From: Hypanus sabinus
Lineage: Eukaryota
DNA: 64,000 nucleotides
Assembly: GCF_030144855.1 (NCBI RefSeq)
Contig: NC_082715.1
Span: 144,956,001-145,020,000, forward strand
Direction of reading: 5' to 3'
In this document: positions 39,716 through 52,557 of the stretch, piece by piece
Layout: each line of letters begins with the position of its first letter
Numbering within the stretch: the stretch's first letter is position 1
Made by a program: the position numbers and the translations under genes
Notes under the pieces: model-generated
The model's input: only the letters and a program-made list of their open reading frames with translations
The model's database searches: none
Told to the model about the DNA's origin: nothing

Positions 39716-41070
39716 TCCCCTGGAGGAACGATTGAAATAATTTACAGAATGTCAGGCAACCCCTGCAAAAAATTATTATATCTCATCTCATGGTATGTTA
39801 GCATGATCAGTAAGTTGTAGATATACTAATCCAAATTTCACATTCAACTGAAATAGATTTCACGTTCAACTGAAAGGACACGATTTCTATCCTCGCTCTT
39901 GATGCTTGGTAAACAAGAAAAAGCTTGCTCATTCATGTAAGAAGTTGGAAACTGCAGGGCTATATTCATTGGTTTCCTATGAACGGCAGGATACTCTTCT
40001 TCACAGAAGTCCAGAACTTCTCCAGGGTCAGTAAATCTCATCTTGAGTGTATGATCAGACTGTTGTCAACAAAGTCCTTCATCTTCCCTAATGGTGAAAC
40101 GTGTCGGCTAAGTAGGTTACTTTCTGCAGCTATTCATCATCTCCAAAGTCAGAGTCAGAGATTGTTTCCCAGGGCTAAAATGGTTAACACGAGAGGACAA
40201 GGTTTAAAGGTGCCTTTACGTATCACATGGCAATGATTTGAGGTTAAGTGTCTTTTCTAGTTTTCTGGAGACAATGCGACATTTGTAAGTTTTCTGCCAC
40301 AGACTGGACACAATGGAATACAACTTGGATCACCAGTCCATATAAAGCCGATTGATAAGTAGCTTTCGTTGCAAAGGCGGACTTCTTTGTGTCTGTTATT
40401 GCACGAGTGCAGGGAATTCACTTAGAGGATTATAATTCTCCATCATTAACGTTATCAGAATTCTCCAAAGGAACACGCCTAGAATCCTCCCCTTCGATCT
40501 CACAACTCCTCTTCCAAAATTAGGCCATCAGACATATCCGTAAAACACCCGGAAAAAAGAAGGCGACGTTAAGAAGCAAGTAAGGGGAGGTTGTGGGGTT
40601 TGGCGGTGGGTGCTGGTATTTCCGATTGGAGAGAGTGACATCACAGCCCATGTTGTGCGAGTCCAGTCAATGCACATAAAACGCACGTCAAGCTCCTCAT
40701 CAGCCTACAGCCCTTCCCTCCGCGGAACACAGCGCCAATCAATTATCAGCCTAACGCCCTCCCTTCGTGCAATACAACGCTAACCAATTATCAACGGCGT
40801 CCCCTATCTCACATCAAAAACTGAGAAATACCTCAACCAAATAACATGGTCCTACTGCGCACAGATAAACTGTGATTAGTGACCTCTGATGAAGTTGCTA
40901 ACGGAGCTCATCGTCCACTGCCCACCACTGCGAGCGCTGTCATTGTGTGTTGGGCGAAGTTCAAAAAACGGTGTTTAGTTTTATTAATCACGATCTCCCA
41001 CTGAACCCCCAGCAACCTCCCAAGAAACCTTAGGATACCATGGAACCTCAGATGAGAAATGCTGCTTTTG
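39716..41070 (-). mobile_element. Paralogous hAT remnant: keeps C-terminal dimerization region, lacks ~1.6 kb of the middle
   Basis: EEYPAVHRKPMNIALQFPTSYMNEQAFSCLPSIKSEDRNRVLSVE; junction at ~40218 skips unit-A ~13275-14900. Confidence 0.85.
40699..40804 (+). repeat. Same 46-bp minisatellite, 2 units plus a partial
   Basis: unit starts 40699, 40745, 40790. Confidence 0.8.
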
Positions 41071-41415
41071 TGTGCCCATTCTAGCTTTGCGAAGACGGAC
41101 TTGTCTGTGTCTGTTGTTGCAAGTGCAGGCAAATGTCTTACAGGATTATAAGTCTTCATCATCACCTTTATCAGAATTGAACATAGCCATAGGCCTAGAA
41201 TCCTCCTCGTCCATCTCACAACCCCTCTTCCAAAATCGCCACATTGGACCATCAGACAAGTTCGTAAAACACAGGAGCTAATAAAAGGGGACGTTGAGAA
41301 GCAAGTAAGGGGAGGTTGTGGGGTTGGGGTTGGTAATTCCGATGGGAGAGAGTGACATCACAGCCCAAGTTGTGCGAGTCCATTTAATGCACATAAAACG
41401 CACTTTTTGCTCCTC

Positions 41416-41611
41416 ATCAGCCTACAGCCCTTCCCTCCATGCAATACAGCGCTAATCAATTATCAGCCTTCTGTCCTCCCCTCCGTACATACAGGCTCGT
41501 ACATATCAGCCTGCCGACCTCCACTCCGTGCCATACAGCGCTAGCCAATCATTAGCCTACAGTCCTCCCCTCCCTGCAATGCAGCGCTAACCAATTATCA
41601 ACGGCCTCCCC
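41416..41611 (+). repeat. Same 46-bp minisatellite, 4 units plus a partial
   Basis: unit starts 41416, 41462, 41505, 41551, 41597. Confidence 0.8.
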
Positions 41612-41699
41612 TATCTCACATCAAAAACTGAGAAATTACTCAACGAAGTAACATGGTCCTACTGCTCACAGCTAAACTGTGCTGAACTGTCCGCGTTTT

Positions 41700-42330
41700 T
41701 CTTAAATGTTAAAAGTGAGCCCGCATTTACCATTTCTTCTGGCAGCTCATTTCTCACTCCCACCACTCTCTGTGTGAAGAAGCCCCCCCTAATGTTCGGT
41801 TTAAACTTTTCCCCCTGCACTCTTAACCCATGTCCTCTGTTTTTTTTTCTCCCCTAGCCTCAGTGGAAAAAGTCTGCTTGCAATCACTCTATATTTACGC
41901 ATCATAATTTTATATTCCTCTATCAAATCTCCCCTGATTCTTCTACGCTGCAAGGAATAAAGTCCTAACCTGTTGAACCTTTCTCTGTAACTCAATTTCT
42001 CAAGTCCTGGCAACATCCTTGTAAACCTTCTCTGCACTCTTTCAACCTTATTAGTATCCTTCCTGCAATTAGGTGACCAAAACTGCTCACAATACTCCAA
42101 ATACGGCCTCAGCGATGTCTTATACAACCTCACCATAACATTCCCAATCTTATACTTAGTACTTTGATTTATGTAGGCCAATGTACCAAAAGCTCTCTTT
42201 ACGACCCTATCTACCTGTGACGCCACTTTTACGAAATTATGTATTTGTATTCCCAGATCCCTCTGTTCAACTACACTCCTCAGTGTCCTACCATTTATCT
42301 TGTATGTTCTACCTTGCTTTGTCCTTCCAA
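41700..42330 (-). mobile_element. CR1 3' RT-tail fragment, unit B only
   Basis: EQRDLGIQIHN..RPYLEYCEQFWSP..VERVQRRFTRMLPGL..RGDLIE. Confidence 0.9.
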
Positions 42331-43349
42331 AGCGCAATAAAGTGTAATAATCTGTTCGACAATGATGCAGGGGAGAAGCTTCGGCTTTGAAGCAGTGGCC
42401 TTGCCTGCATTTCAGACCAGAATCTGTATTTTTTAAAATTCACAGCAATTACACCATCCTCTTCTCCGTTGTCTATCCAAAGATTTCCACCTTCTGAAAA
42501 AATAATCTCCAACTGGTTTGTCAAACATATTTCTCTTTCATAAATCTATTTTAACATTGCCTCGTTCCATTAAGTGTCTGAATATCACAACCTTTACAAT
42601 AGATATCAATATTTCCAATCTTAACCTGACTAGTCTCTACTTCCTTGTTTTCCTTCTCTCTCTGTCATTTTACATGGTCCATTATATTTGCCAAACTTCA
42701 GTGTCTTCAGTTGCTATAAAAATTCATAATTCCATAATAAATTCACTCAATGTGTTCACATATTTTTGCTTCAGTGTTATGGGATTCATGTTTTGTTTTG
42801 TGTGTTTGTGGGGGGGGGGGCGGTTGTTGAGGCCTGGAACATCAAATCTCTCATTAACGGCAGTTTGATTATTACTAATATTCTTTATTTTGTGCTTCTA
42901 ATTGATTACTGGTTCCATGCATTACTGGGAGCTGTTTTGTCATATTTACAGTTAAGATAGTACAGAGGGTTCTTTATTCCTCTTTATATATCTGTTGTGT
43001 ACTCATTGTGAGGGATTCATATATCTGCATTCCTATATTTTATATGCTTGCAGATGTATTTGTAATAATCTTATGTCATTGCAAGTTTGCGTTTATAGGC
43101 AATGTTTTATCTTTATCTATAGTTTGTGTTTTGTTGTTGTCATTACTGCTGTTGAATTCTAAACTGCTCCACATCCTTAGCTCCGATAATGTCTCTTACT
43201 CCTTGCAAAGTTACATCACTGTTTTATTGATCGAATTCTAGTCATTACATCTTCTGCTGGACATTATTGGATCTTCTATTTCCCTTTATATACTGTACCA
43301 AAAATAGAAATACATAACAGAATTTTTAAGTGTTACAGGCTGCTCAGTA

Positions 43350-45180
43350 ATATTTTCTGGAAAGTGATTTTATTAAGAAAGCAGGTTTGAGTTTTGATCC
43401 GATTAATTTGCAGCTTAATGTTGATACAGAGCAGGTCCCTATTGACGCTACAGTCGGATGTTATGATTACGGGACATGCACTGTTGGGGAAGTGTAAGTG
43501 AGGCAGAAAATATGATGGAGGACGGAATGATCAGACAAGTCATTGAAAATTGCCAGGCGTCCTGATCCGAAACCCCAGAAGCAATGCGGATTTCCAGGAC
43601 AAGCAGAGGTAGATGCAGAGAAAGTTATCTAGACTTTGTTAACATGGGGAGTTTTGCAAGAAATAACATATACAAATAATTCGCTGATGTGACCAGTTCA
43701 AAAATCCGATGAAAGTTGGAAGCATACCATAGGTGACAGGGAATTGAATAAAGTTATCCCTTTAACTGCCTCTACTGTAGGCTAAGTTCTGAGACTATGA
43801 TTAAGCAAAATATTGTAGTAGTACTACTGGATATAAGTAATGGAATATGATCTGTCTCATTGAAAATAGAGTGTCAATATAAAGTTGCTTTCACTTGGAA
43901 AGCACAGTGGTATACGGTGGACAGTTTTGCCACAAGGATTTCATAATTCCCCATCTATTTTTCATAAATTTTTCAGCAAGTGGGCTGAAAGCCTTCTCAG
44001 CTCCATAGTGTTTCATTCAGTATGTAGATGATCGACTGTTACAGACAAAAACCTAAAATCAGCATCAGCATTATTAAACAACTACTGCAAATGTTACAGG
44101 ACATGGCTTTGAAGGTTTACACTACAAATGGTCAAATCATGAAGCGGCATTTTAGTTACTTGGTAGTGGTCATAGTCCACGGGAGAAGGGGACACATAAT
44201 CAGCTTGTGCATGTAGTGGCTAAACTACTTCTCCCGATGGATATGAGGAGACCGAGATCGTTCTTCCTTCTGATCGGGTTTTGTAGGGCCATACAGATGA
44301 GTTTTTCACCAAAGCCGACCCACTTATGGAGCTCCTGAAGCGCACTGTTCATTGGAATGAAAACTGGAACACAAATAAGGCAATTTTAGATCTCAACAAT
44401 GGCCTCGCAGAACCACCATCTCTTAAGACCCCAAACAGTTCCGAGCCATGCCCTTTAGAGGTCGCTGCGACCAGTAGCATGATATCAGCAGTGTTACTCT
44501 CGGAGACACATGCTCGACTGGAGCCGGTGACGTATGCACCTCGAAAGCTTACTCCAGTAAACCAAGGGCATACAACACGTGAGTGTAATCCATTAGCTTT
44601 GTTTAAGGCAGTTGAGCATTTCACCTATTATGGCTCTTAACCCACTAACAATTTTACCAGAGCATACTACAACTTAGTTTTTTTTAGATGTCGTTAAAGA
44701 TTGCAACATCCAGTAAAACTGGATAAGTCAGATGAACATTGTTATTAGAGGTTTGTAATGTCACAGCTAACAGCGGTAACACGACAATCATGCTCGCTAA
44801 CGATTTAACTTATAGGTATGAACCTCATGAGAGAGTGACAGAATGTGGTATATATGTAGAGGACGAAGAAATATTGGAGATGGAGTTACCTAAACCAATG
44901 AGTGCACAAGCGGCAGAGCTTGCTGCAGTAGCTTTTGCTGCCAGCCATCCAGGGAGAGATTTCCTTGAAATCATATCCTCAGATAGTATGTATGTTTATA
45001 ATAGATGACTGAATATTTACTGTCATTGGAAGCTAGGGGACATGCAAGAAGGTGAAAGAAAGCAGATGATGTATTGGTACCATGACATTTGTAAGAATCA
45101 AGGAGCATATAAAACTATGGAACAGTTGACAAATCTGTGTTGCTGGCAAAAATACAAGGTAATGTAGAACATTGTTTTAA
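43350..45180 (+). mobile_element. Paralogous retrovirus-like pol fragment
   Basis: LPQGFHNSP (43927-43953); YVDD (44021-44032); EPVTYAPRKL (44521-44550); MSAQAAELAAV. Confidence 0.88.
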
Positions 45181-48100
45181 GAATTGTTGATTTGTACCCC
45201 GTATAACCCAGATAAATTGACTACGAACTCACTTTCAAGAACTCTACAACTCATGCTCTCCATATTTATGACAGATATTTATATTATTATAATTTCGGGT
45301 TTTTCCTTTTATAATTTCACAAATTGTTCTCTGTGGCATATTGTTTGTTTATTCATCTTTCTATTATGATTCTACTTATTTACTGTGAATGCCTGCAAGA
45401 AAATTAATCCCTGGGAAGTATACTGTGGCATATATGCATTTGGGTAATAAAATTTGATTTGAACTTTGGCCCTAGAAAACTGAACGAATGTCTACGTTAC
45501 AAGTTGTCGCTGGAATAACATTTTATAAATGGTTTTGGTTCTTCGAGCCCTCTGCTTTTATTTAAGACAAGTAATATTGTTCTCTGTCCGCGCTATTTAT
45601 CGTAAGTCGAACGCCTGATAACTTGAGAAATGCGTGAGGTCAGCGTACGTGTGTCTATGACAATGGAAGTTTTGTCCGGAACCAGAATCCCGATCCAAAA
45701 TGTCGATCACCCAGTTACCTTCTCAGATGTTGCCTGTTCCGACAGTGTTTCGAAAATATTTGCTCTGTAGTGCCGGACGGACCCAAGACCGGATGCTCTG
45801 TACATCAGCGCAGCGTCTAACAACGCAACAGGATGAGGTGGGTAAAGTAAACTCCATTCCCAAACATCTTTTAACTCCCTCCTGCAACCAAATCATCAGA
45901 TAAGATAAAATAAAAATCTGTAACTCATTGAAAATAATCACGGCTCTAAAGTGTTATAGATGGACAGGCGTTGTTTTCGCAACATCCCGACGATGTTCGA
46001 AAGAATTACCCAGAGTCACTTATATTTCTACATTTCCCTCTTTTCAGATACTTGATTCTTGATTCAAGTAATCTATTAGCCACCGAAATTAATCATTAAC
46101 TCAAACTCTTCGGGCTACCAAGTGAGTTAGAACTTCTACATGCAGTGAAGGGGCTTATCGCTAATATGCTCTATTTAAAATTGTAAACACAAAACCGGTC
46201 AAATGAAAAACACCTGTGGGAATAATGTTCCATCTAATTTGTGCGCGCAAAAATCTTGTGCTGTGCCATTCTCTTTTTTTTTTGACAACAACATGTGCAC
46301 AATGAATTTTAAAGTGGAAGTAAACCCGAAGCGAGACTAAAGATGATAAGCTACCAAGTCCAGTTTATTGTTCATTGTTTAAAAGAAATAAAGTAAATGT
46401 AAATAAGAACTTTGATCTCATCTGGGTTTGACCGTTTCCATTCCCGTTCATCTGCACTCGAAAAAAATACATTAACCTGCAGCGGTTAATGAAGGAGCTT
46501 TTACGTACCGCCATAAATGACTTGCTTGCTAAACCACAATTTAAAAAGTCAACCTTCCAAACATCACTCCACTTCTTCCCACTTGGAAACTATCCATCAA
46601 TTTTTTCATCGGGACAATACACGCAGTAACTCCAGTTTCTGCATTTTACGTAAATCTTTCTCGCGGCTACACGTTCCTACCCTCGTGAGCTTCAAGTGTA
46701 GCATTTTCTAATGTTTCGTTAAGCCATTCCGCTTTAAATGAACTAGCAGTTCCTTTACGCTTCACGCCCTTCGCTTCGATGGAATTCGACTCCGGTAAAC
46801 AAATAATTTCTTCAATAAAAACAGTATAAATGAGCCTGCTCTAAAATCTGCAGACAAACCATCGCAAATTCCACGGTGTCAACGCCGTCTGCATCATAAG
46901 CGGGAAAAAGAAATGTGATTAGTGTACTTAACGAAGTGGGAGGGGGGGGTAACAAAATTTTGTGCGCAGTTTAAATTCCTTTGTGCGCTCGTCGCAAAAA
47001 ATGTGTATGCTTACACTTTAGAGGGAGTATTGTGGGGCTGTTTTACATAATATACCGTGTAACTTCAATTAATCCTACACGACCCTAACTGTCTTCGGTA
47101 TGAAAGTAGCGAGAAACGGCAAATATGAACATTAATAACAATAGGAATTTGGGAGCGGGAGCTAGTATTTCGGACCTTCGGGTGTTCTTTCACACAGTGC
47201 GATTATGACTGATAAGTAATTTGAATGTCATATTGTAATTCCTAAACAATAGTCCGAGATCCCGGGAATGTTTTCAACTCCCTCTGTGGCAACTAGATCC
47301 CGCCCAATGTCACGGCATTGCCCAATTCAGAAATATTACATTCTCTTCCTTCAAGCAACTTATTGGAATACATTCTAAATGGGTGCGGTCCAAGCACTGA
47401 TTCCTGCAGTTAATGACTGCTTTCTCTTTATTCCTTTTATAAGATTCCGGTCAGTCACGAAATTCTCAAGATATGCCAGTATATTGCCCCAGTTCCAACT
47501 GATTTATTTTTCGACTCTAAACTACGAGGTAGGACTTTATTCATAACTATACGCCTGTAATTGCTCTTCATCTTTCCACCTCCTTTCCTCGGTGATGAGA
47601 TTACATTTGCGAACGCCAGAATTTTCACCAACAATATAAAATGGAAACGAAACAATAAACGAAACTATTCCGTCCACATCTGCTTACTTTACTATCATGG
47701 TTGTTGATTTTCGGGATTTCGGCTCCATTAATTTGTCCAACGTTTCTTTGAATGTTAAAAAGTGTCTCTCGACAGTCACACCTTTCAATGCAACTGCCCA
47801 GTTTGTGTCAATATGATTGACATTATGTGTTGCGTTGTATGACATTGTCAGTGACCATGATTGTTCTTGACAAATTCTACAGAAATTATTTGCTATTGCC
47901 TTTTTTTGAACGGTGTCTTTACAAGACGAGTGACCCTCAGCAATTATCAAATACTCTTCAGAGATTGTCTGCCGAGCGTCACTGGTCGCATTACCAGGTC
48001 TAGTGAAATGCACCAACTGCTCATAAATCTATCTACCAGCTGCTTGCATGGCTTCACGGGATCACGTGATCCTGATCGGGGTGGTGTTGGGGGGGGGGGG

Positions 48101-48919
48101 GAAGCTAAGCAGTTGCTACACCCTTGCCCAAAGATGATCTGTAAGGTAAAGGAGGGAAGGAATGGCTTACAACTCATTTGTTAAAGATACACCTGCAGCC
48201 GCCACCCAACTCTGTTAGCGATGCCTTTTCTTATACAATAGTTTCAATCGCTTTCATTTAGACACCTGGCAGTGATTCTTTCTGAACATTCGCTCCATTC
48301 GTAGCAGAAATGCCTGCCTCACCCACTCTCAGCTCCTGAACCATGATCTTTCTCACTCTTGCTCTCCTACCCGTTTACCCTCCCCCTTTGGTGTCACCCT
48401 TAAAATGCCCATACTTCCTGGCTTTCAAATGGTTCAATTTAATATCTGGGGATGTACGCTTCACAGAGATATCCACGGAGCAAGAAACCCGATAGTATAG
48501 AATGATTGTGTCATCAGAACCTCAAAGTACCCCCCACCTCCTCCACACACAAACGGCAGCGAAAGCACCGACCACACACCCACCAGAATGCCCTTACCAC
48601 GCAGTCAATAGCAAATGCCCCAAAGATACCTTTGATCTAAGTCCATCATTTCGTGCATTCTTTCAAGGATTTACAACTCCAAAGATTAACTAAAAGAGAA
48701 AAACTGATTTAAGTGCTTAAATTCAAATGAAACGGAAATCTAACATAATTGTTTTCAAAGTGATAGTGTGCACCGCACTTCGGATAGAACACGTGAGCTT
48801 CTTAACATCTTCAATGTTTGTTAACGTGCAATAATTTATTCGGTTTACAAATCTTGGCAGGGCATGAGACAGTCTCCTTTGCAATTATCGGCCTCCAACT
48901 ACTTCCTTCTGAGATAATC

Positions 48920-49206
48920 TTTGGGCTTGCATCGGTCACATCTGTGGCGAATCTATTGTTTCTCCCGTTTTACTGTACGGCTTACTCTGATGCTTTCTGC
49001 TATTTGCCTGTCGCGAAGAACTGGTACAATGTAAATATAAGAAAAGTTCAGGCCAACAGTTTCGTGTTCTGGTGTCACTTGGTTATAAGTTTGTATGAGT
49101 AATTAATATACAGTGACGTAATTATACTTTGGACTACTTAAAGAGGCGTTCAGAAGGAACTGAGAACCGAACTTATGTCGGAAAACAACCCATCTTCTCC
49201 TTCAGC
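48920..49206 (+). promoter_or_regulatory. IgL promoter region, cluster B
   Basis: ATTTGCCT 49002, ATGTAAAT 49029, gtttgtatga, TGACGTAA and cttaaa all retained; E-box CACTTG. Confidence 0.5.
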
Positions 49207-51042
49207 ATGGCTGAATGGATTCGGTGTCTTGTCGTACTAGTGCTCTGCTTCCAAAGTAAGCATAACGCATAATCTATCATATCGCGGCATTTCAATTCGT
49301 ATGGACGTTTGATAATTCTAAAATTAATTTACATTTTCCCAGATACAGTCGCGGATTTTGTTTTGACTCAGCCCCCGTCGATCTCACTTCTGCGGGGAAA
49401 ACTGCAAAGGTCACTTGTACCATGTCAGGAGACAAAATACGTAGGTACTACGCGAGCTGGAACTGGCAGAAACCCGACAGCACTCCGGTGTATGTGCGGC
49501 ATCAGAACTATGGCAGAGCTTCCGGTATTCCTGGTCGATTCACCGGCTCCGTAGACTCATCTAGCAACCAGATGTACTGAAACATCGCAAATGTGTAATC
49601 GGAGGATGCCGCCGATTATTACTGCGCTGTAGATAAAGATTATGTCAACTCCTTCGGAAAAGGAACCAAACTAAATTTGGGCAGTAAGTATTTCTGTTTC
49701 TTCTAATGGTCGTTTTAAGTTAATTCGATTTCAAAATGCTGCATAAGTTGACCCTCAATGGAATATTAACCACAAAAAAATTCAGAATTCACTTGATTGG
49801 TATAATGCGTCAGGTTAAGTCGGGGGAAACACTGTCATTAAAATATACTAATTCAGCTTTGCATCAGAGTCGAACGAGATTTTAAGAATAATATGTCGAA
49901 ATGGCGCGGGATATTATTGATGGTGTCGAATCATGAAGAGGGGTTACAAAACATTTATTACAATGCTATAACGACGTGCCTTCAACTCCGATAACAAACT
50001 GGAAACTGCAGGAAAGTAAGTTCCAAATGCGTTGATCCGACTTCCCCAGTGAATGATGTGGGACTGAAACAGAGCTCGGAAGTTATTGAGCAGAGAATGG
50101 AGAACACTTCTTTCTTCCTCCGCAATATCGACTCACGACTTTTCAAATTTACGTGTAATCTTCCCCCATTCTGTGCTCCAGGAACCTGAATTCTTCTAAA
50201 CTCTGTTTTCCGTTTCCCAACTCCCTCTCGTCCTGTTCCCTTGTTCCCTTCCTATGCTTGTTAACTTATAATTTCTCCCAGTTAAGGAATTACGTACAGT
50301 AGTGAGAAAAATGTCACCCTTGATATGATATCGTTCTCAGGCTTCGGTCAATTTCATTTCTGTAATATTCAAACTTGCGATCTAATTCTCGCCACTTAAT
50401 CATGTTAGCAGCGCTTTCATGCGTAGATGAAATGCCATCCCTAAATCACTCTATGTCGCTACCATTCTTTGTTCTTTTTTAAAGACTTTTAAAAAGTATG
50501 ACTTTGTCCAAATTCTGCTCCTCTGGTTTCGCGAGTTTATGGGCTCAAGTATGGTCTTATTGTATTACTATGACATGTTTTGGTGTCGTTGAAAGCACTA
50601 TATAAAGGATTTTTGTATAATTTGTGAGGCGATTAGGGAATTTAACAAAAGACAGAGTCAGAGAGTGGAGGTTTCAAGAAAACGTGGACACCAGATCGAC
50701 TCTCTTCTGAACTGCTAAATCTTAAGATTCAGAGACTCGGGTTGTCTTCGAGTGCTTTCCGGATTGCCTGATCGGCACAAAAAAAGACGACATGAAACGC
50801 TGATATTTTACCATTTATTCTCCGTGTGATCGTAGAACATTAACTTCTTCGTGGACAGTGTGGCAGATTGCTTCAGCTCAGGTCATCTCTGACATCGCAC
50901 TAAAAGCCTTAATTCCACGACTATGTACTTCCCTTTGGAAGATCTGAATATGATTTGTATCGGAATACCCTGTCAGAGTTTCTGTGCATTAACTTAACCG
51001 GCTTTTGCCAGTTTTTCTAAGATTTGCGTCACCAAAAGTGTT

Positions 51043-51365
51043 TACACAAAGTACTCTGCAGATGCTGGGTTCAAATCAACACGTACAACACGCCGGAGGA
51101 ACTCAGCAGGTCGGGCCGCATCCGTAGAAACGAGCAGTCAACGTTTGGGGCCGAGACCCTTTGTCAGGACTGAAGATGGAGGTGACAGAAGCCCTATAAA
51201 GAAGGTGGGGGAGGGTGGGAAAGAGAAGGCTGGTAGGTGCCGGGTGAAAAACCAATCAGAGGAAAGATCAAGGGCTGGGGAGTGGAAGCAGGGAAGGGAT
51301 AGGCAGGAAAGATGAAGGAGAAATGTAAGGGGAAAGCACTATGGGTAGTAGAAGCACTACCAAAT
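51043..51365 (-). mobile_element. Penelope-like terminal fragment in J-C intron, unit B only
   Basis: Interrupts aaaagtgtt/atatc of unit A (~23770); gtgtt duplicated at 51038-51042 and 51366-51370; carries hammerhead motif. Confidence 0.85.
51135..51172 (-). ncRNA. Degenerate minimal type I hammerhead ribozyme motif
   Basis: Minus strand CAGTC-CTGACAA-AGGGTCTCGGCCC-CAAAC-GTT-GACTG; helices intact, two core substitutions. Confidence 0.65.
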
Positions 51366-52395
51366 GTGTTAATATCGAAGGATGTGCCTATAATCGTTCA
51401 CGATATTAAATACTATTCCGATTTTAATACTCGCCGTCAGTTTTCTCTATGATATGTAGGGGTCGGGGATTCACATGTGTTGCTGGAGGGTCGAGGAGGG
51501 AGAAGTTTAGGACAAGATAGCTTAAGTAACTTTACTCAGTACATTTCCTTAACATCGTTGCGAGCTTGCATGAAGACAAAGAGCAAGCCTGCATTGATGG
51601 CGGACTATCCCAAAGCTCGTGAGTGCAGTCAGCATCGCAATCCGGCGTGAGTTAAAGACAATTGTCCTAGAGTTAGCAATGTGAAAAACAAGAAGATTAT
51701 TTGTTTCGTCTCTATTGAATGATGGATATCTACAGGCCAGATAACTCCAGATGTAAAAACAGATTATCTCCAGGAACTTAAATTTAACATTGTCTGATTG
51801 TTTAGAAGATTTTTTTTTTGTTTTTAATTTAAAAAATTGCTTTTAGTCAAGTAGTGTCTGACATTCCCAGTCTGATTCCGTCCGCCCAAGCAGATTCCGA
51901 ATGTGACTGGATTACTGGATTTTTCTGGAGGGGGGAGTGGAATTTGCTTACTATGCTCTTCATTGGCGCCGTGGGACTTTTGCAAAATATACCAGTCAAA
52001 TAGTCCAATAGTTCGGTCCGTCATTGTCCAGAGGTCTGATATTTGCAACTGTCATCAACATTAGAGCCAAATGGAAGGCAAAAATAAATTAATGATAGAT
52101 TCAGCAACTGGAATTAACCTCAATGTTTTGAGTTACATATTACAATATACAGATTTTCCATTCAGCACGCTTAGGCGTTTATTCAAAGTTCATATCTATT
52201 ATTTGTTAAACCTAGTCTACATACATGTCAAAATGTGAATGCGACAAAGAAGATACAATTTTAATACACACAGTAAGTTCCTTATTCATTCTCCGTTGCT
52301 CGCCGACCTTCCCCCATCAACATTTATTCCGAATTCCATTCGAATCTTGCATGAGGTAAAGAAAATGCATAAAATTGACAACTCTACAGTCTCTT

Positions 52396-52557
52396 AAACA
52401 CAAAGTACACTGCAGATGCTGTGGACAAATCAACACATGCAAACAAGCTGGATGAACTCAGCAGGTCGAGCAGCATCCGTGGAAACTAGCAGTCAACGTT
52501 GACTGCTCATTTCCACAGATGCCGCCCGACCTGCTGAGTTCATCCAGCTTGTTTGTA
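52396..52557. mobile_element. Fold-back Penelope-like insertion containing a 116-bp spacerless palindrome, unit B only
   Basis: 13-bp TSD tctacagtctctt (52383-52395) / tctacagcctctt (52558-52570); arms 52440-52497 and 52498-52555 pair at 53/58. Confidence 0.93.

Noticed and set aside
47193-47231. CACAGTG heptamer as an RSS
   Set aside because: No nonamer at 12 or 23 spacing (best 4/9) and not adjacent to a V or J.
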